Below, piece after piece: positions 1 to 10,112 of a stretch of 64,000 nucleotides of DNA. The first letter of the stretch is position 1. Each line of letters begins with the position of its first letter. The DNA is taken from the NCBI GenBank assembly GCA_025061115.1, contig JANZKC010000003.1, forward strand, positions 32,001 through 96,000, in the 5' to 3' direction. The position numbers were made by a program, and so were the translations under genes. The DNA comes from Candidatus Culexmicrobium cathedralense (GTDB lineage Archaea; Thermoproteota; Methanomethylicia; Culexarchaeales; Culexmicrobiaceae). Below the pieces are notes generated by a model, which saw only the letters and a list, made by a program, of their open reading frames with translations, searched no databases and was not told the DNA's origin.

Positions 1-2909
1 TTAAACTTAGGAATAGAATTACCAAGTTAATTAGCTTGCATAGGAAAAGTCCGGAGATCAAAGAGTTAATGGAAAATTACGATAAACTTGTGAAGCGAGT
101 AGCAAAGATTAAGGGCAAATCGAAATCGATTCTCGTTGTTTCGAGTGCTACGGGAAGACCTAGAGGACTGCGCGTTAAACTATTTAGAGAACTTTTAGGC
201 TTTGACGTTGGATCTAGGTCGGAGCTACTTAGAAACGTAGTAGATGTTTACTGCAAGGTTTCTCCTGAAAAATCAATTGAGGAGATGATAGTTGAGCTGG
301 CAAGTAATCTTGGATCAGGAGGACTCGTATTCGTTCCAGTAGATAAGGGTCTCGAGTACGCTGAGAAGTTAGCAGAAATACTTGTTGAAAGCGGAATTAA
401 AGCTGAAGCTTTTTCCTCCAAGAACATTGAAGCTTTAAGTAGGTTTATTGAAGGGGAAAGCGATGTCTTAGTTGGCGTAGCTTATTACTATGGAGTTATG
501 GTTAGAGGCCTCGATCTACCAGATAAAGTGAGGTATGCATTATTCGCCGGGATTCCAAAATTTAAGTTTAACACCAAGTTAGATGAGCCTCATCCCTCAA
601 ATATTCTTCGTGGATTAACGATAATTAGCGAAGTTGTTGAAGGAATTGAGGAAAAAAGGCGAATTGAAAGGCTAATTGCTAGGGTTAGGCGTTACATGCA
701 AATTTTGCCTGTGGCGCTCTTAAATGAAATTGGTGGCAAGCTAGCTGAAGGCATTAAACCTAGTACTGACGCTGAAAGAGTATTTTACGAGGCTCTTCAA
801 GTACTTAGGAGCTACTTGGCTAGAAGCGACATCAAGGATAAGCTGAAGAAACTGGAAGATGTAAGGTTGATCGAAGAAAACGGGAAAACTTTCATTTTAA
901 TACCGGATGTCATGACTTACATTCAAGCTAGCGGTAGGACATCCAGAATGTTCGCTGGAGGATTGACGAAGGGGCTCTCGATTGTAGTGGTTGATGATGA
1001 GCACTTACTTAAGGGACTTATGAAGCGCGCTAAGTGGATTATTGAAGACATGGAGTGGCGAAGCTTAGAAGAAGTTGACATAAAATCCATAATTGATGAG
1101 ATAGATAGAGATAGGCTAGCGGTTAAGCAGTTGCGTGAAGGTAAAATAAGAATGGAATTTAAAGATCCAATGAAGACGGCGCTGATGGTTGTAGAATCGC
1201 CAAATAAAGCTAGAACTATCGCCAACTTCTTTGGGAAGCCTAGCGTGAGGAGATTTGAAGAACTTAAGGTATACGAGGTTTCTACTGGAGAGCTACTTTT
1301 AATGATCACCGCAAGTGGCGGCCACATTTATGACTTAGTGACAGACGTAGGTTATCATGGAGTTTTACTTCCAAAAGATGGTGGAGCCTTCCTCCCAGTA
1401 TACACTGCAATAAGAAGGTGTTTGAAGTGCGGATATCAATTCAGCGATGACCTGGATAAGTGTCCTAAGTGCGGCAGTAGCGTTTTGAGGAATTCGCTTA
1501 AAGTAATTGACTTCATTAGAGCTCTCTGCGAAGAAGTTGATTTAGTGCTGATCGGAACTGATCCTGACACTGAAGGAGAGAAAATTGGGTGGGATTTAGC
1601 TGCTCTCCTCACGCCATACGCGAAAGAGGTTAAGCGAATAGAATTCCACGAAGTAACTAAAAGGGCAATACTGGAAGCATTAAGGAGCGCGAGAAGCTTC
1701 GATACAAATCTCGTAGAAGCGCAGATAGTTAGGAGAGTTGAAGATAGGTGGATAGGTTTTGAATTGAGCAAACGATTATGGAGTGCATTCAAGAGAAGGG
1801 GATTATCTGCAGGTAGAGTTCAAACACCAGTTTTAGGCTGGATTATTGAGAGGGAGAGGGAGTTTAAGGAGAGCTTTAAGAACGTGTACTCAATATTGCT
1901 GCCATATGGCATTAAAGTTGAATTGACGGAAGATGAAGTATTGGAAAAGCTCGTCAAAGCTGAGCTCGTCAAGGCGAAAATTAAGGTCTTGGACGTGGTT
2001 GAAGAAGATATGCACCCGCCTCCACCCTACACGACTGATACTTACCTGCACGATGCTTCTAAAAAGCTTAGGTTAACCGCACCTGAAGCCATGCAAATAG
2101 CGCAGGACCTATTTGAACTAGGCTTCATAACATATCACAGAACAGATAGCACGAGAGTCTCCACATTTGGACAATATGTTGCTAAGGAATATTTGTCTGA
2201 GAAATTTGGAGCTAAAGCCGAAGAACTTTACATGCCTAGAAGCTGGGGGGAGGCTGGTGCACATGAGTGCATAAGGCCTACAAGGCCATTGGACGTAAAT
2301 AGGGTAAGAGAGCTCATAGCTGAGGGAATAATAACGCCAATAAAGCCTCTAACTAAAAGGCACTTTCTCGCCTATGATATGATCTTTAAGCGATTCATTG
2401 CAAGCCAAATGAAGGCGGCAAAAGTAGTAAGGCAGAAAATAGAGCTAAGCATACTGGGAGTAGCTAGAAATATAGATAGGATCATTAAGGTTAAGGAGCC
2501 TGGCTTCTTAACGGTTAATCCAATAGTAAGAGTTGAGGTTAAAGTCGAGGAAGGCGAAGTAAAGCCGGTAAAAGTTGATGTAAGGCGAAAGGCGCTGGTA
2601 ACCCTTTACACGCATGGAGATGTGATAAGGCTTATGAAGGAGCGCGGAATTGGCAGGCCATCAACCTACGCCAAAATAGTTCAAACTTTAATACAGCGAG
2701 GATATGTTATGGAGACAAAAAGGAAGAAATTGATGCCGACAAAACTAGGCAAAAGCGTCTATAGGTATTTAGCTTCAAAATATGGCAATCTAGTATCGGA
2801 GAAGAGAACTGCAATGCTTGAAGAGATAATGGATCAGATCGAGAGAGGGGAGCGCAATTACATTGAAGTTTTAAGTGAGCTATATAGGGAAATTTCGTCA
2901 ATACCTTAA
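1..2909 (+). CDS. rgy: Reverse gyrase (5' part lies upstream of the window)
   Basis: Frame is open from the window edge. Helicase-like motifs VRGLDLP and YIQASGRTSR; TOPRIM VVESPNKA and DPDTEGE; Zn finger CxxC..CxxC; type IA catalytic GFITYHRTDS; GIGRPSTY. Confidence 0.97.
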   Translation, partial: KLRNRITKLISLHRKSPEIKELMENYDKLVKRVAKIKGKSKSILVVSSATGRPRGLRVKLFRELLGFDVGSRSELLRNVVDVYCKVSPEKSIEEMIVELASNLGSGGLVFVPVDKGLEYAEKLAEILVESGIKAEAFSSKNIEALSRFIEGESDVLVGVAYYYGVMVRGLDLPDKVRYALFAGIPKFKFNTKLDEPHPSNILRGLTIISEVVEGIEEKRRIERLIARVRRYMQILPVALLNEIGGKLAEGIKPSTDAERVFYEALQVLRSYLARSDIKDKLKKLEDVRLIEENGKTFILIPDVMTYIQASGRTSRMFAGGLTKGLSIVVVDDEHLLKGLMKRAKWIIEDMEWRSLEEVDIKSIIDEIDRDRLAVKQLREGKIRMEFKDPMKTALMVVESPNKARTIANFFGKPSVRRFEELKVYEVSTGELLLMITASGGHIYDLVTDVGYHGVLLPKDGGAFLPVYTAIRRCLKCGYQFSDDLDKCPKCGSSVLRNSLKVIDFIRALCEEVDLVLIGTDPDTEGEKIGWDLAALLTPYAKEVKRIEFHEVTKRAILEALRSARSFDTNLVEAQIVRRVEDRWIGFELSKRLWSAFKRRGLSAGRVQTPVLGWIIEREREFKESFKNVYSILLPYGIKVELTEDEVLEKLVKAELVKAKIKVLDVVEEDMHPPPPYTTDTYLHDASKKLRLTAPEAMQIAQDLFELGFITYHRTDSTRVSTFGQYVAKEYLSEKFGAKAEELYMPRSWGEAGAHECIRPTRPLDVNRVRELIAEGIITPIKPLTKRHFLAYDMIFKRFIASQMKAAKVVRQKIELSILGVARNIDRIIKVKEPGFLTVNPIVRVEVKVEEGEVKPVKVDVRRKALVTLYTHGDVIRLMKERGIGRPSTYAKIVQTLIQRGYVMETKRKKLMPTKLGKSVYRYLASKYGNLVSEKRTAMLEEIMDQIERGERNYIEVLSELYREISSIP

Positions 2910-2957
2910 TTCCAGCATATTTGTCTAAGATCATTAATGGCTCTGGATTAATTGCAT

Positions 2958-4151
2958 TTAGCTTCTTAAATTTACACTCCATCTTTCTGATATCGACTTT
3001 AATCTCTTGAATGCGAATAACTTCTCCTTACTGCCAACTCTCATATCCGATATGATTTGCTCAAGCTCGTAAACTACGCTGTCGTAAACTTTTCGGTTAA
3101 TTGGATATGGTATTCCATCTTTACCTCCAACTGCGAAAGACCATTTAATTGGGTCGAATATGTGTGTTATAGGATCCTTCTTAGATGGCGGTTCGTCGTA
3201 AATGAGTTCTGAAATTAATGCTAGCGCCCTGAGAGTTGAAGGTCCTATGCCCCTAAATAAAAGAAAACTTTCAAAATCCTCAGGCTTAACTTGGAACACA
3301 TTTCTTAGCGCTCTCCAATTGATTGCTATTTCTTCAATTGGCTTGTAATAATCTAGCTTTACGGCTAATTCATTTTTGCCGCTAAACCACCTGGTTATTG
3401 GACAATTCTTTCTCAGAAACCTCTTAATAGAACCTAAATCTCTCTTTAGCTTTGCAGGTCCATGATTAATAATTTCTAGAATCGTATTCCTGCAGCTTCT
3501 ACTCTCTCTAGCAACTAGATTTAAAGTTGATTCGCTTATTTTAACGTCGACTATGGCGTTATGAGGGTCTTCAACGAACTTCCTTACTTTGCTTGACAGC
3601 CAATGATATCTTCTAGCCATGCGCTTTTCAACGTTCATTCCCTGCTGAATTACAGTCCACGATCCGCTTTTTGAAACTATCATTGAGTGGTGATATATTG
3701 AGTAGCCATCTTGAAGAGCTGCATTGTCAATTTTTGCTACTAACCTACTAATTCTAGCAAGCTTCTCTCCATACTCCTCTCCTAAATCAAGCTTGATGGC
3801 TGCCTGTTTAACTTCAATTGGCGTTTCCAGACTTTTCTTCCCTTTACCGCCGGCTATGGCTATTTCAACTTCACTTTTGTTTAGAGCTTGCCTTAGAACT
3901 CCGCAGACAACTGTTGTGGACCCTGAGGAATGCCAATCGAATCCTAGAACATTGCTGAAAGCTTGAAACCACAGTGGATTTGCAAGCCTTTCGAGAAATT
4001 TGTCCTCTCCAAATTCGTTCACGAAGACTGTGATAATTGCATTTGCTAGTTTAACCATTCTATTAAATAGCCATCTTGGAACTGATCCTTCATGTAATGG
4101 TAGTTCTGCTATTCCTTTGATGCTCAATTTTACTCCCAATTCAATATGCAC
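2958..4151 (-). CDS. DUF763 family protein
   Basis: LPLHEGSVPRWLF, GFDWHSSGSTT, DNAALQDGY, QQGMN, ARRYHW, FAVGGKDG motifs. Confidence 0.85.
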   Translation of the reverse strand: MHIELGVKLSIKGIAELPLHEGSVPRWLFNRMVKLANAIITVFVNEFGEDKFLERLANPLWFQAFSNVLGFDWHSSGSTTVVCGVLRQALNKSEVEIAIAGGKGKKSLETPIEVKQAAIKLDLGEEYGEKLARISRLVAKIDNAALQDGYSIYHHSMIVSKSGSWTVIQQGMNVEKRMARRYHWLSSKVRKFVEDPHNAIVDVKISESTLNLVARESRSCRNTILEIINHGPAKLKRDLGSIKRFLRKNCPITRWFSGKNELAVKLDYYKPIEEIAINWRALRNVFQVKPEDFESFLLFRGIGPSTLRALALISELIYDEPPSKKDPITHIFDPIKWSFAVGGKDGIPYPINRKVYDSVVYELEQIISDMRVGSKEKLFAFKRLKSISERWSVNLRS

Positions 4152-4183
4152 TTTTAGGAATATTTTTGTTGCTGATTTGGTTT

Positions 4184-4591
4184 CTACCTATAAGCTCTGC
4201 GCCTTAAGGCTGTTAACTCTTCGATTGCTAAGATGTTTTCTCTAATCATAATGTTCTTTAATGTTTTTCTAAAATACCTATGAACTTTAACTCCCATTTC
4301 TTCAAGCTCATTTTCAAGTCGTTTTGAGAGCTTTTCACCTTCGCTGTCGAAGTCCATTAGCACTGCTATTCTTTTCCCTTTGAATTTCTCTGCTAATTTT
4401 TCAGTGAATTGAAATATTGGCTTTCTAGAATCGCAGAACCTTATGATTTTACCTCTATATCCATATCTTCTCAGCGCTTTTTCGTCGTGTGACCCTTCAA
4501 CTATTACTGCATCTACGGAGAAATTTAACTCTTCGATCAATTTTTCTATGCGCTTCATTAATTCAAAGTCCGCTTTTCTTTTCCTCTTCAT
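4184..4591 (-). CDS. Small TOPRIM-domain protein (RNase M5/small primase-like)
   Basis: VIVEGxxD and LMDFDSEGE TOPRIM acidic motifs in a 135-aa protein. Confidence 0.85.
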   Translation of the reverse strand: MKRKRKADFELMKRIEKLIEELNFSVDAVIVEGSHDEKALRRYGYRGKIIRFCDSRKPIFQFTEKLAEKFKGKRIAVLMDFDSEGEKLSKRLENELEEMGVKVHRYFRKTLKNIMIRENILAIEELTALRRRAYR

Positions 4592-5110
4592 TTACCCTTT
4601 CCTCGCGTGGAGAAGTATGTGTCCTGCTTCTGGTAGGAGCAGCTTTTCTAATGCTAATTTTACAGCTGATTTTGATCCAGGAATACAAGCTAATAGCTTT
4701 CCATTAACTATTCCTGCACATGCTCTTGAGATTATTGCTGAGCTTCCAATCTCCCTATAACTTAAAAATCTAAATATTTCTCCAAATCCTTCGAGTTCTT
4801 TCTCAATAATTTCTTTAATTACTTCATAAGTATAGTCTTTCAATCCTACTCCTGTTCCTCCAATAAATATGATTACATCAGCTTCATTTAGGCTATTTTT
4901 AATGCTTCTCCTAATTTCTTCAGGATCATCTGGAATAATTACCTTATTAGTTATTTCGTAGCCATAATTTTTGATGAGCTTTCCTGCTAATTCTCCAGAT
5001 TCATCTTTTACTTCTTCTCCCTTCATTAATCGGCGATATCTTGAGCTACTTACTACTACGATTTTAAATTTTAAGTCCTTTAGGGCTTTAGCTTTATGCT
5101 CCCTACTCAT
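4592..5110 (-). CDS. moaB: MoaB/MogA family molybdopterin adenylyltransferase
   Basis: DESG, IIPDD, GGTG, GFGEIFR, SRACAG, IPGS motifs. Confidence 0.92.
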   Translation of the reverse strand: MSREHKAKALKDLKFKIVVVSSSRYRRLMKGEEVKDESGELAGKLIKNYGYEITNKVIIPDDPEEIRRSIKNSLNEADVIIFIGGTGVGLKDYTYEVIKEIIEKELEGFGEIFRFLSYREIGSSAIISRACAGIVNGKLLACIPGSKSAVKLALEKLLLPEAGHILLHARKG

Positions 5111-6064
5111 TCAACTCCCCCTATAAATTAGAGTTCCAGCTTCTCCTTTAATTGCTTCAACCGCTCGTTCTAGATCGGCAATTATTGCTTTTTCTCCACC
5201 CCACTCGAGAAATCTAATGCATGCTAAAACTTTTGGACCCATGCTTCCAGGTAGGAAGTGCCCTTCAGAATAATATTTCTTCGCTTCTTCAAGTGTCATC
5301 TTATCTAAGGGTTTTTCATTAGGCTTTCCATAGTTTAATCTAACCTTATCGATGTCGGTTAAAATTAATAGGATGTCTGCTTTAACGACTTCAGCCAGCT
5401 TTTCACTTGCCAAGTCCTTGTCGATGACTGCTTCAACACCTTTAAGCTCACCATGTTCTTCAACTACTGGAATGCCTCCTCCACCTGTAGCTATTACTAT
5501 CATGCCCTCCTCAACCATAGCTCTTATGGCATCTCCTTCAATGACCTTTATTGGATCTGGAGATGGTACTACCCTCCTATAAACCCTGCCTTCTCCTGGC
5601 TTTATCTTCTTTATGATGTAACCTTTATTCCTAGCAATTTTTTCTGCTTCATCTTTATTGTAAAATGGGCCCACAGGCTTGGTTGGATTATTAAAGGCAG
5701 GGTCGTTCTTGTCGACTAAAACTTGAGTAACCACAGTCACAACGGGCTTTCCAATTCCTTCTGCGCGCAACATGTTCTGTAAAGTTTGCTGCAACATGTA
5801 TCCAATTTGACCTTGAGTCATTGCGCCTAAAATGTCAAGAGGCTGGGGCGGAACTCTGTCTTCAGCCTCCTCCTGCTGAATCATTAAATTGCCAACTTGA
5901 GGTCCATTGCCATGCGTTATTATTAACTGATAGCCCATTTTAACTAATTGAATTAAATTTTTACATGTTTTCCTAACATTTCTGAGCTGCTCCTCAGCAG
6001 TTCCTATTTCGTCAGCCTTTTTAATTGCGTTGCCGCCCAGGGCCACTAAGACTCTTTTAGTCAT
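5111..6064 (-). CDS. arcC: Carbamate kinase
   Basis: ALGGNA, THGNGPQVG, PTKPVGPFY, RRVVPSP, GGGGIP, EAVIDKD, GSMGPK. Start moved to ATG at 6064, which is preceded by GGAGG. Confidence 0.95.
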   Translation of the reverse strand: MTKRVLVALGGNAIKKADEIGTAEEQLRNVRKTCKNLIQLVKMGYQLIITHGNGPQVGNLMIQQEEAEDRVPPQPLDILGAMTQGQIGYMLQQTLQNMLRAEGIGKPVVTVVTQVLVDKNDPAFNNPTKPVGPFYNKDEAEKIARNKGYIIKKIKPGEGRVYRRVVPSPDPIKVIEGDAIRAMVEEGMIVIATGGGGIPVVEEHGELKGVEAVIDKDLASEKLAEVVKADILLILTDIDKVRLNYGKPNEKPLDKMTLEEAKKYYSEGHFLPGSMGPKVLACIRFLEWGGEKAIIADLERAVEAIKGEAGTLIYRGS

Positions 6065-6173
6065 ATTAAACCTCCAGCAAATCTTTAATTGACATTTTAG
6101 TAGCTCATTGAGTGGGAATTTATATTTGTACATTAAATCTAATATAAGTTTCCAACTAAATTTAATTTGGTGA

Positions 6174-6506
6174 ATGTTATTGTCTAGTTTATCTTATGGA
6201 AAAGTTGCGGCAGCAATATTCTTCCTATACTTGGGGATCTCGGTATGGCTATACTCGAGCCAAGTAGTAACTGACGTTCTGATGTTATTTGCTGGATTAC
6301 TGATAATGATTGGGGCATGGACAATTGTCTTTGGATTTATTGGTGTGAGGAGGGATTTGACTTTCTGGCTTGCTAACGGTTCTTTTATATCATTAATTTC
6401 AGCAGCCATCTTTGCATTCCAACTAACAGGGCAAATTTCAACATCAATTGCAGTACTATTCATAGGAATAGGATTACTAATCGTTGCTTTCATTTTAAGA
6501 CGCTAA
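6174..6506 (+). CDS. Small integral membrane protein (~4 TM)
   Basis: Four hydrophobic stretches; fills the intergenic gap. Confidence 0.65.
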   Translation: MLLSSLSYGKVAAAIFFLYLGISVWLYSSQVVTDVLMLFAGLLIMIGAWTIVFGFIGVRRDLTFWLANGSFISLISAAIFAFQLTGQISTSIAVLFIGIGLLIVAFILRR

Positions 6507-6587
6507 CTCGAGATAAAAATGGCAGCGTTGATGCAAGTTTAAAATGAAAATAAAGAAGAAATAATTTATGCGTATTTTCATTTCTTT

Positions 6588-7601
6588 TTAAATTATTTCC
6601 TTAATGTTTTTGATTACGCTCCATACTTCATTTGGAATATACTTCTTTCCTAAAATAAAACTTAAAACTTTACTTTTTAATGATAGTTTTAATCTAAATC
6701 CGCAAGCATATGGATGTCCCCCTCCACCATATTTTTGAGCAATCGGCAAAAGGTTTATTTCTTTGCCTTTGGAGCCTACGTAAAGTGAAATGGCGTTGTT
6801 TCGTCTTAGAACCATAATGAAATCTAAATCCAGTTTTTCGGATATTTTTCTTGCAATCCAGCTTTTTGGAAGATTTACCTTTCGCAAATCTATGATTGCA
6901 AATTTCAAATTATTATGGGTTTTCATCTTAATTGCTCGTTTTATTGTTTTTGAAACTTCAGCTTCCGCTTCCTTTCTTAATCGGTCTGAAATTCTCCTTA
7001 TTTCATCATCGAAAAATATTCCCTGGGTAAATTTTTTGAGAAGCTTCTTTTTCCATTTGCTTTTGTAGGTTAAGATTCTAAGTATAGGGCTTTCATTAAA
7101 TTTATCTCTCAATGAATCGATATCGTCGGCGTACATTGCTATCTTCTTTGAGATTTCATCTTCCGGCATGAATTTTTCTAGAACTATTCTTGCTGCACTT
7201 GGTGCTTTTTCCATTAAAATTAGCTCAGCTATGTTGGATAACTTTTGAATGTATTCCCTTCTCCACTTGTGATGATCTATCCATGTAATTTTTGAACCAT
7301 GATTTTTTATTTGTTTTAATTGCCTGAGAATTGAATGTTCATCAATAATGTTTGGGGATATGTCTGTTATGTATAGAGTAATTGAAGATTTTGGAATTAC
7401 GCTTAGGACTCTTAATAATGATGAGGGTCCAGAGAATATGACTGAAATTGCTTTCTCATCGATTTTTTCCTTTAATTTCAGGTATCTTTTGAGAATTGCT
7501 GCGCATGAAATTCCATCTACGTCTGAGTGCGTTATTATGATTGCTTTAGGTTTTTTAAAGGCTATTTTCGCTCTGAGCTTGATTTCATCCAGCTTTCTCA
7601 T
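6588..7601 (-). CDS. DHH/DHHA1 phosphoesterase (NrnA-like)
   Basis: THSDVDG, ITD, WIDHH, GGGGHPYACG. Confidence 0.9.
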   Translation of the reverse strand: MRKLDEIKLRAKIAFKKPKAIIITHSDVDGISCAAILKRYLKLKEKIDEKAISVIFSGPSSLLRVLSVIPKSSITLYITDISPNIIDEHSILRQLKQIKNHGSKITWIDHHKWRREYIQKLSNIAELILMEKAPSAARIVLEKFMPEDEISKKIAMYADDIDSLRDKFNESPILRILTYKSKWKKKLLKKFTQGIFFDDEIRRISDRLRKEAEAEVSKTIKRAIKMKTHNNLKFAIIDLRKVNLPKSWIARKISEKLDLDFIMVLRRNNAISLYVGSKGKEINLLPIAQKYGGGGHPYACGFRLKLSLKSKVLSFILGKKYIPNEVWSVIKNIKEII

Positions 7602-7681
7602 GCATGCTTCAATGTGAAATTTTCAGCTTAATATATTTAACTTTAAATTATTTATGCTAATTATTTTGCGAATAAAAATTC

Positions 7682-8023
7682 ATGTTAATATTCATTCTAG
7701 TAATATTTAAAAGTTGTTTTACAGATGTTATAGCGGTGACTTATTTGCTGATTGAACCTAGAAACTTAGGTTTTATATTACTATTAATTGGATTGGGACT
7801 GCTATTGACTTCATTTGGATTAGCTTATGTGGCTTATGCTTCAGCAGAGTTGACAGTAAGCTTAGGGGGCGATATTGTTGAGGCTTTTACAGCGCTTATT
7901 CAAGTTATTGCGATGCTTCTTCCAAGATTGATTTGGATTGCAATTATGGTTTTCATCGGTAGTATTGTGCTGTCTAAGGGTATTTCTCTATTAAGCTCTA
8001 AACCTTCCGAGGAAGCGGGTTAG
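7682..8023 (+). CDS. Hypothetical membrane protein (start uncertain)
   Basis: Two to three hydrophobic helices; first of three co-oriented genes. Confidence 0.6.
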   Translation: MLIFILVIFKSCFTDVIAVTYLLIEPRNLGFILLLIGLGLLLTSFGLAYVAYASAELTVSLGGDIVEAFTALIQVIAMLLPRLIWIAIMVFIGSIVLSKGISLLSSKPSEEAG

Positions 8024-8043
8024 TTAAGCTGCGGGGAAAATTA

Positions 8044-8754
8044 ATGATTGGAGCGACGTTGAGGAAGATATCTGCCGCATTTCTATTGGTTTCCATAGTC
8101 GCTGTCTTCCTAACACTTTACTTCATGGCTAATGACTTATCGACTTTAAGAGTCTTAGCAAGAATTGATGATATGATGGTTGATAGTGATGGAGTTCATT
8201 TTAATTTAGAGTTGAATTTTACCTATAATGGATTGCGGCCTTTAATCAATTTTAAAGCAGTGCTCTTATTAAATAATGAGTCATTCAGTTCGCGGGCATT
8301 GGATTTGAATAAAGGAACTACTATCTTCGTGATTCCATGCAAGCTTGGCCTATCCTATATTGGTAGAAATGTAACGGCATCAGTGGGCTTTAGCACTTCT
8401 TATGCTAACTTGATTCCAATTCATGTTTCACTACCTGCCAAGAGCTATATTCCGATTGAAGTGATAGCACCTGCTTCTGCAGTCTCCTCAATTGACTTTA
8501 ATTCGTCTCATGCTGAAGTTTCATGTATGATCATTGCTTTGGCAAACATCAAGCTTAGTGGAGTTGCGAAGCTTACTTCCAATGGAATTGAGGTTGCTAA
8601 GACTAACATCCCTCCACTGAAGAGAGAATCTACTCAATTGTTGAAGTGGTATGTTAGATTTGAGGATCTTGAGAAGCTTGATGCAATTGAATTTTACTTG
8701 GACACGCCTACAGGTTACATTAAAATTTACGAGTGGAGGTTAAAGGGTGGTTAG
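8044..8754 (+). CDS. Hypothetical membrane-anchored/secreted protein
   Basis: N-terminal hydrophobic anchor, beta-rich body, NxS/T sequons. Confidence 0.65.
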   Translation: MIGATLRKISAAFLLVSIVAVFLTLYFMANDLSTLRVLARIDDMMVDSDGVHFNLELNFTYNGLRPLINFKAVLLLNNESFSSRALDLNKGTTIFVIPCKLGLSYIGRNVTASVGFSTSYANLIPIHVSLPAKSYIPIEVIAPASAVSSIDFNSSHAEVSCMIIALANIKLSGVAKLTSNGIEVAKTNIPPLKRESTQLLKWYVRFEDLEKLDAIEFYLDTPTGYIKIYEWRLKGG

Positions 8755-9226
8755 GTTAAATTGGCATAGAATTAGGAGGATATCTAAAAGAATTGTTTTA
8801 GGCGTTTTTTCAGGTTTATTTAATTATGTCTTATACTTCATAATTCCAGATTACATCTATAAGTTTCTTAGATTCATGATTTCGAGCGCTTATCCTGAAG
8901 TTGCAGGTGTTATTGGGCTTCCAGCAATTCGACCAACAGTGGAACTTTCAGCACTGGCGATATTCTTGATTTTAAGTTGCTTATCATCATTGCTTTCAGG
9001 TTCATGGTTTGGGTATTTAATTGCTGTAACTTCATCTTCTGTTTTCATGTTTTACGCCATTTCGCTCATGAATTTTGGAAGAATTTCCGTCGAGTACCAA
9101 GGTGTTGGCGTTACAGTTGAATTCTCGGTGCTTATAGTTGTTTGGTTTACGTCATTTATTTTGGATGTTTTGGGTCGAGCATTTGACTTGATTGAGCGCG
9201 AGGCGAAGTTTATCCCTACCCTCTAA
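8747..9226 (+). CDS. Hypothetical membrane protein
   Basis: About four TM segments; overlaps the upstream stop. Confidence 0.65.
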   Translation: MVRLNWHRIRRISKRIVLGVFSGLFNYVLYFIIPDYIYKFLRFMISSAYPEVAGVIGLPAIRPTVELSALAIFLILSCLSSLLSGSWFGYLIAVTSSSVFMFYAISLMNFGRISVEYQGVGVTVEFSVLIVVWFTSFILDVLGRAFDLIEREAKFIPTL

Positions 9227-9395
9227 TGCCCCTTCCAAGTTTTCTTGCTGCTGCTATTGATGCGCTCATTGAGCCTAAAATAACGAATACTATTCCAATG
9301 TCTGAATTCGCCATTAATAGTACGACTCCGAGTACTGTTATTATAACGCCTAGAATCAGTATAAATGTTAATTCCTCTCCTCCACTTCTCCTCAT
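9216..9395 (-). CDS. Small 2-TM protein, 59 aa (not in the ORF track)
   Basis: Hand translation MRRSGGEELTFILILGVIITVLGVVLLMANSDIGIVFVILGSMSASIAAARKLGRGIRG*; GGTGGAG RBS upstream. Confidence 0.6.
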   Translation of the reverse strand: MRRSGGEELTFILILGVIITVLGVVLLMANSDIGIVFVILGSMSASIAAARKLGRGIRG

Positions 9396-9490
9396 GTTTG
9401 ATCTCCACCATTTAACTATACGACTTTAAGTTAAAAACTTAATGAATCTTAGTGCTTAAATCACTTTTATTTTCCCTTTTATTTAAACTA

Positions 9491-10048
9491 TTAAGTATTG
9501 CGGATGTTACTATTCTTAGCCCTTAAGATGGAGACTGTTCTTGCCATAATCTTGTAAATTAGCCTTAATGCGTTGAGGTCATCATAGCAGTGCTCTTTAA
9601 TTAATTTTAAGGCTTCTATTTCCCCAGATATTGCTTTCATATAGATTGGAGGCATATCTTTACCCTTCAACTCTATTTTCTTTGGGATGTTGAAGAACCT
9701 GGCGACTGAATCCAAGCTGTAGTCACTTAGCTTGAGTAGTTTTTTAGCATATATGCACAGGTCTATGTGCTCTTTCATCAGGATATTTGTGGGATCTAGT
9801 CCATGAAGCAAGCTTCTGGAAACTATCATGGGTATGTCGAAGCCATCGCCATACCATGTAACTATTATATCTACCTCTTCAATATTTGTAAGTAATTTTT
9901 TTAGCAGCTGCTTTTCCCCTTCAATTACGGTTCCCTCTAAAAATTCATGAATCCATTCTCCATCTTCGAACATTAGGCCGAATCCAACTATGAATCCGCT
10001 GTCAGCTGTTAGACTTGTGGCTTCAATGTCCAAAAACGATAGTTTCAT
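9491..10048 (-). CDS. RNase H-like DEDD exonuclease (YprB/RNase_H_2 type)
   Basis: FLDIEAT, VTWYGDGFDIP, HIDL, YSLDSVA, HCYDDL. Confidence 0.85.
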   Translation of the reverse strand: MKLSFLDIEATSLTADSGFIVGFGLMFEDGEWIHEFLEGTVIEGEKQLLKKLLTNIEEVDIIVTWYGDGFDIPMIVSRSLLHGLDPTNILMKEHIDLCIYAKKLLKLSDYSLDSVARFFNIPKKIELKGKDMPPIYMKAISGEIEALKLIKEHCYDDLNALRLIYKIMARTVSILRAKNSNIRNT

Positions 10049-10112
10049 AATGTTACCTCCAACTCATTTATATTGTAAGTCAGGTATCTTAATTTTATTT
10101 GAGGTGCATTGC

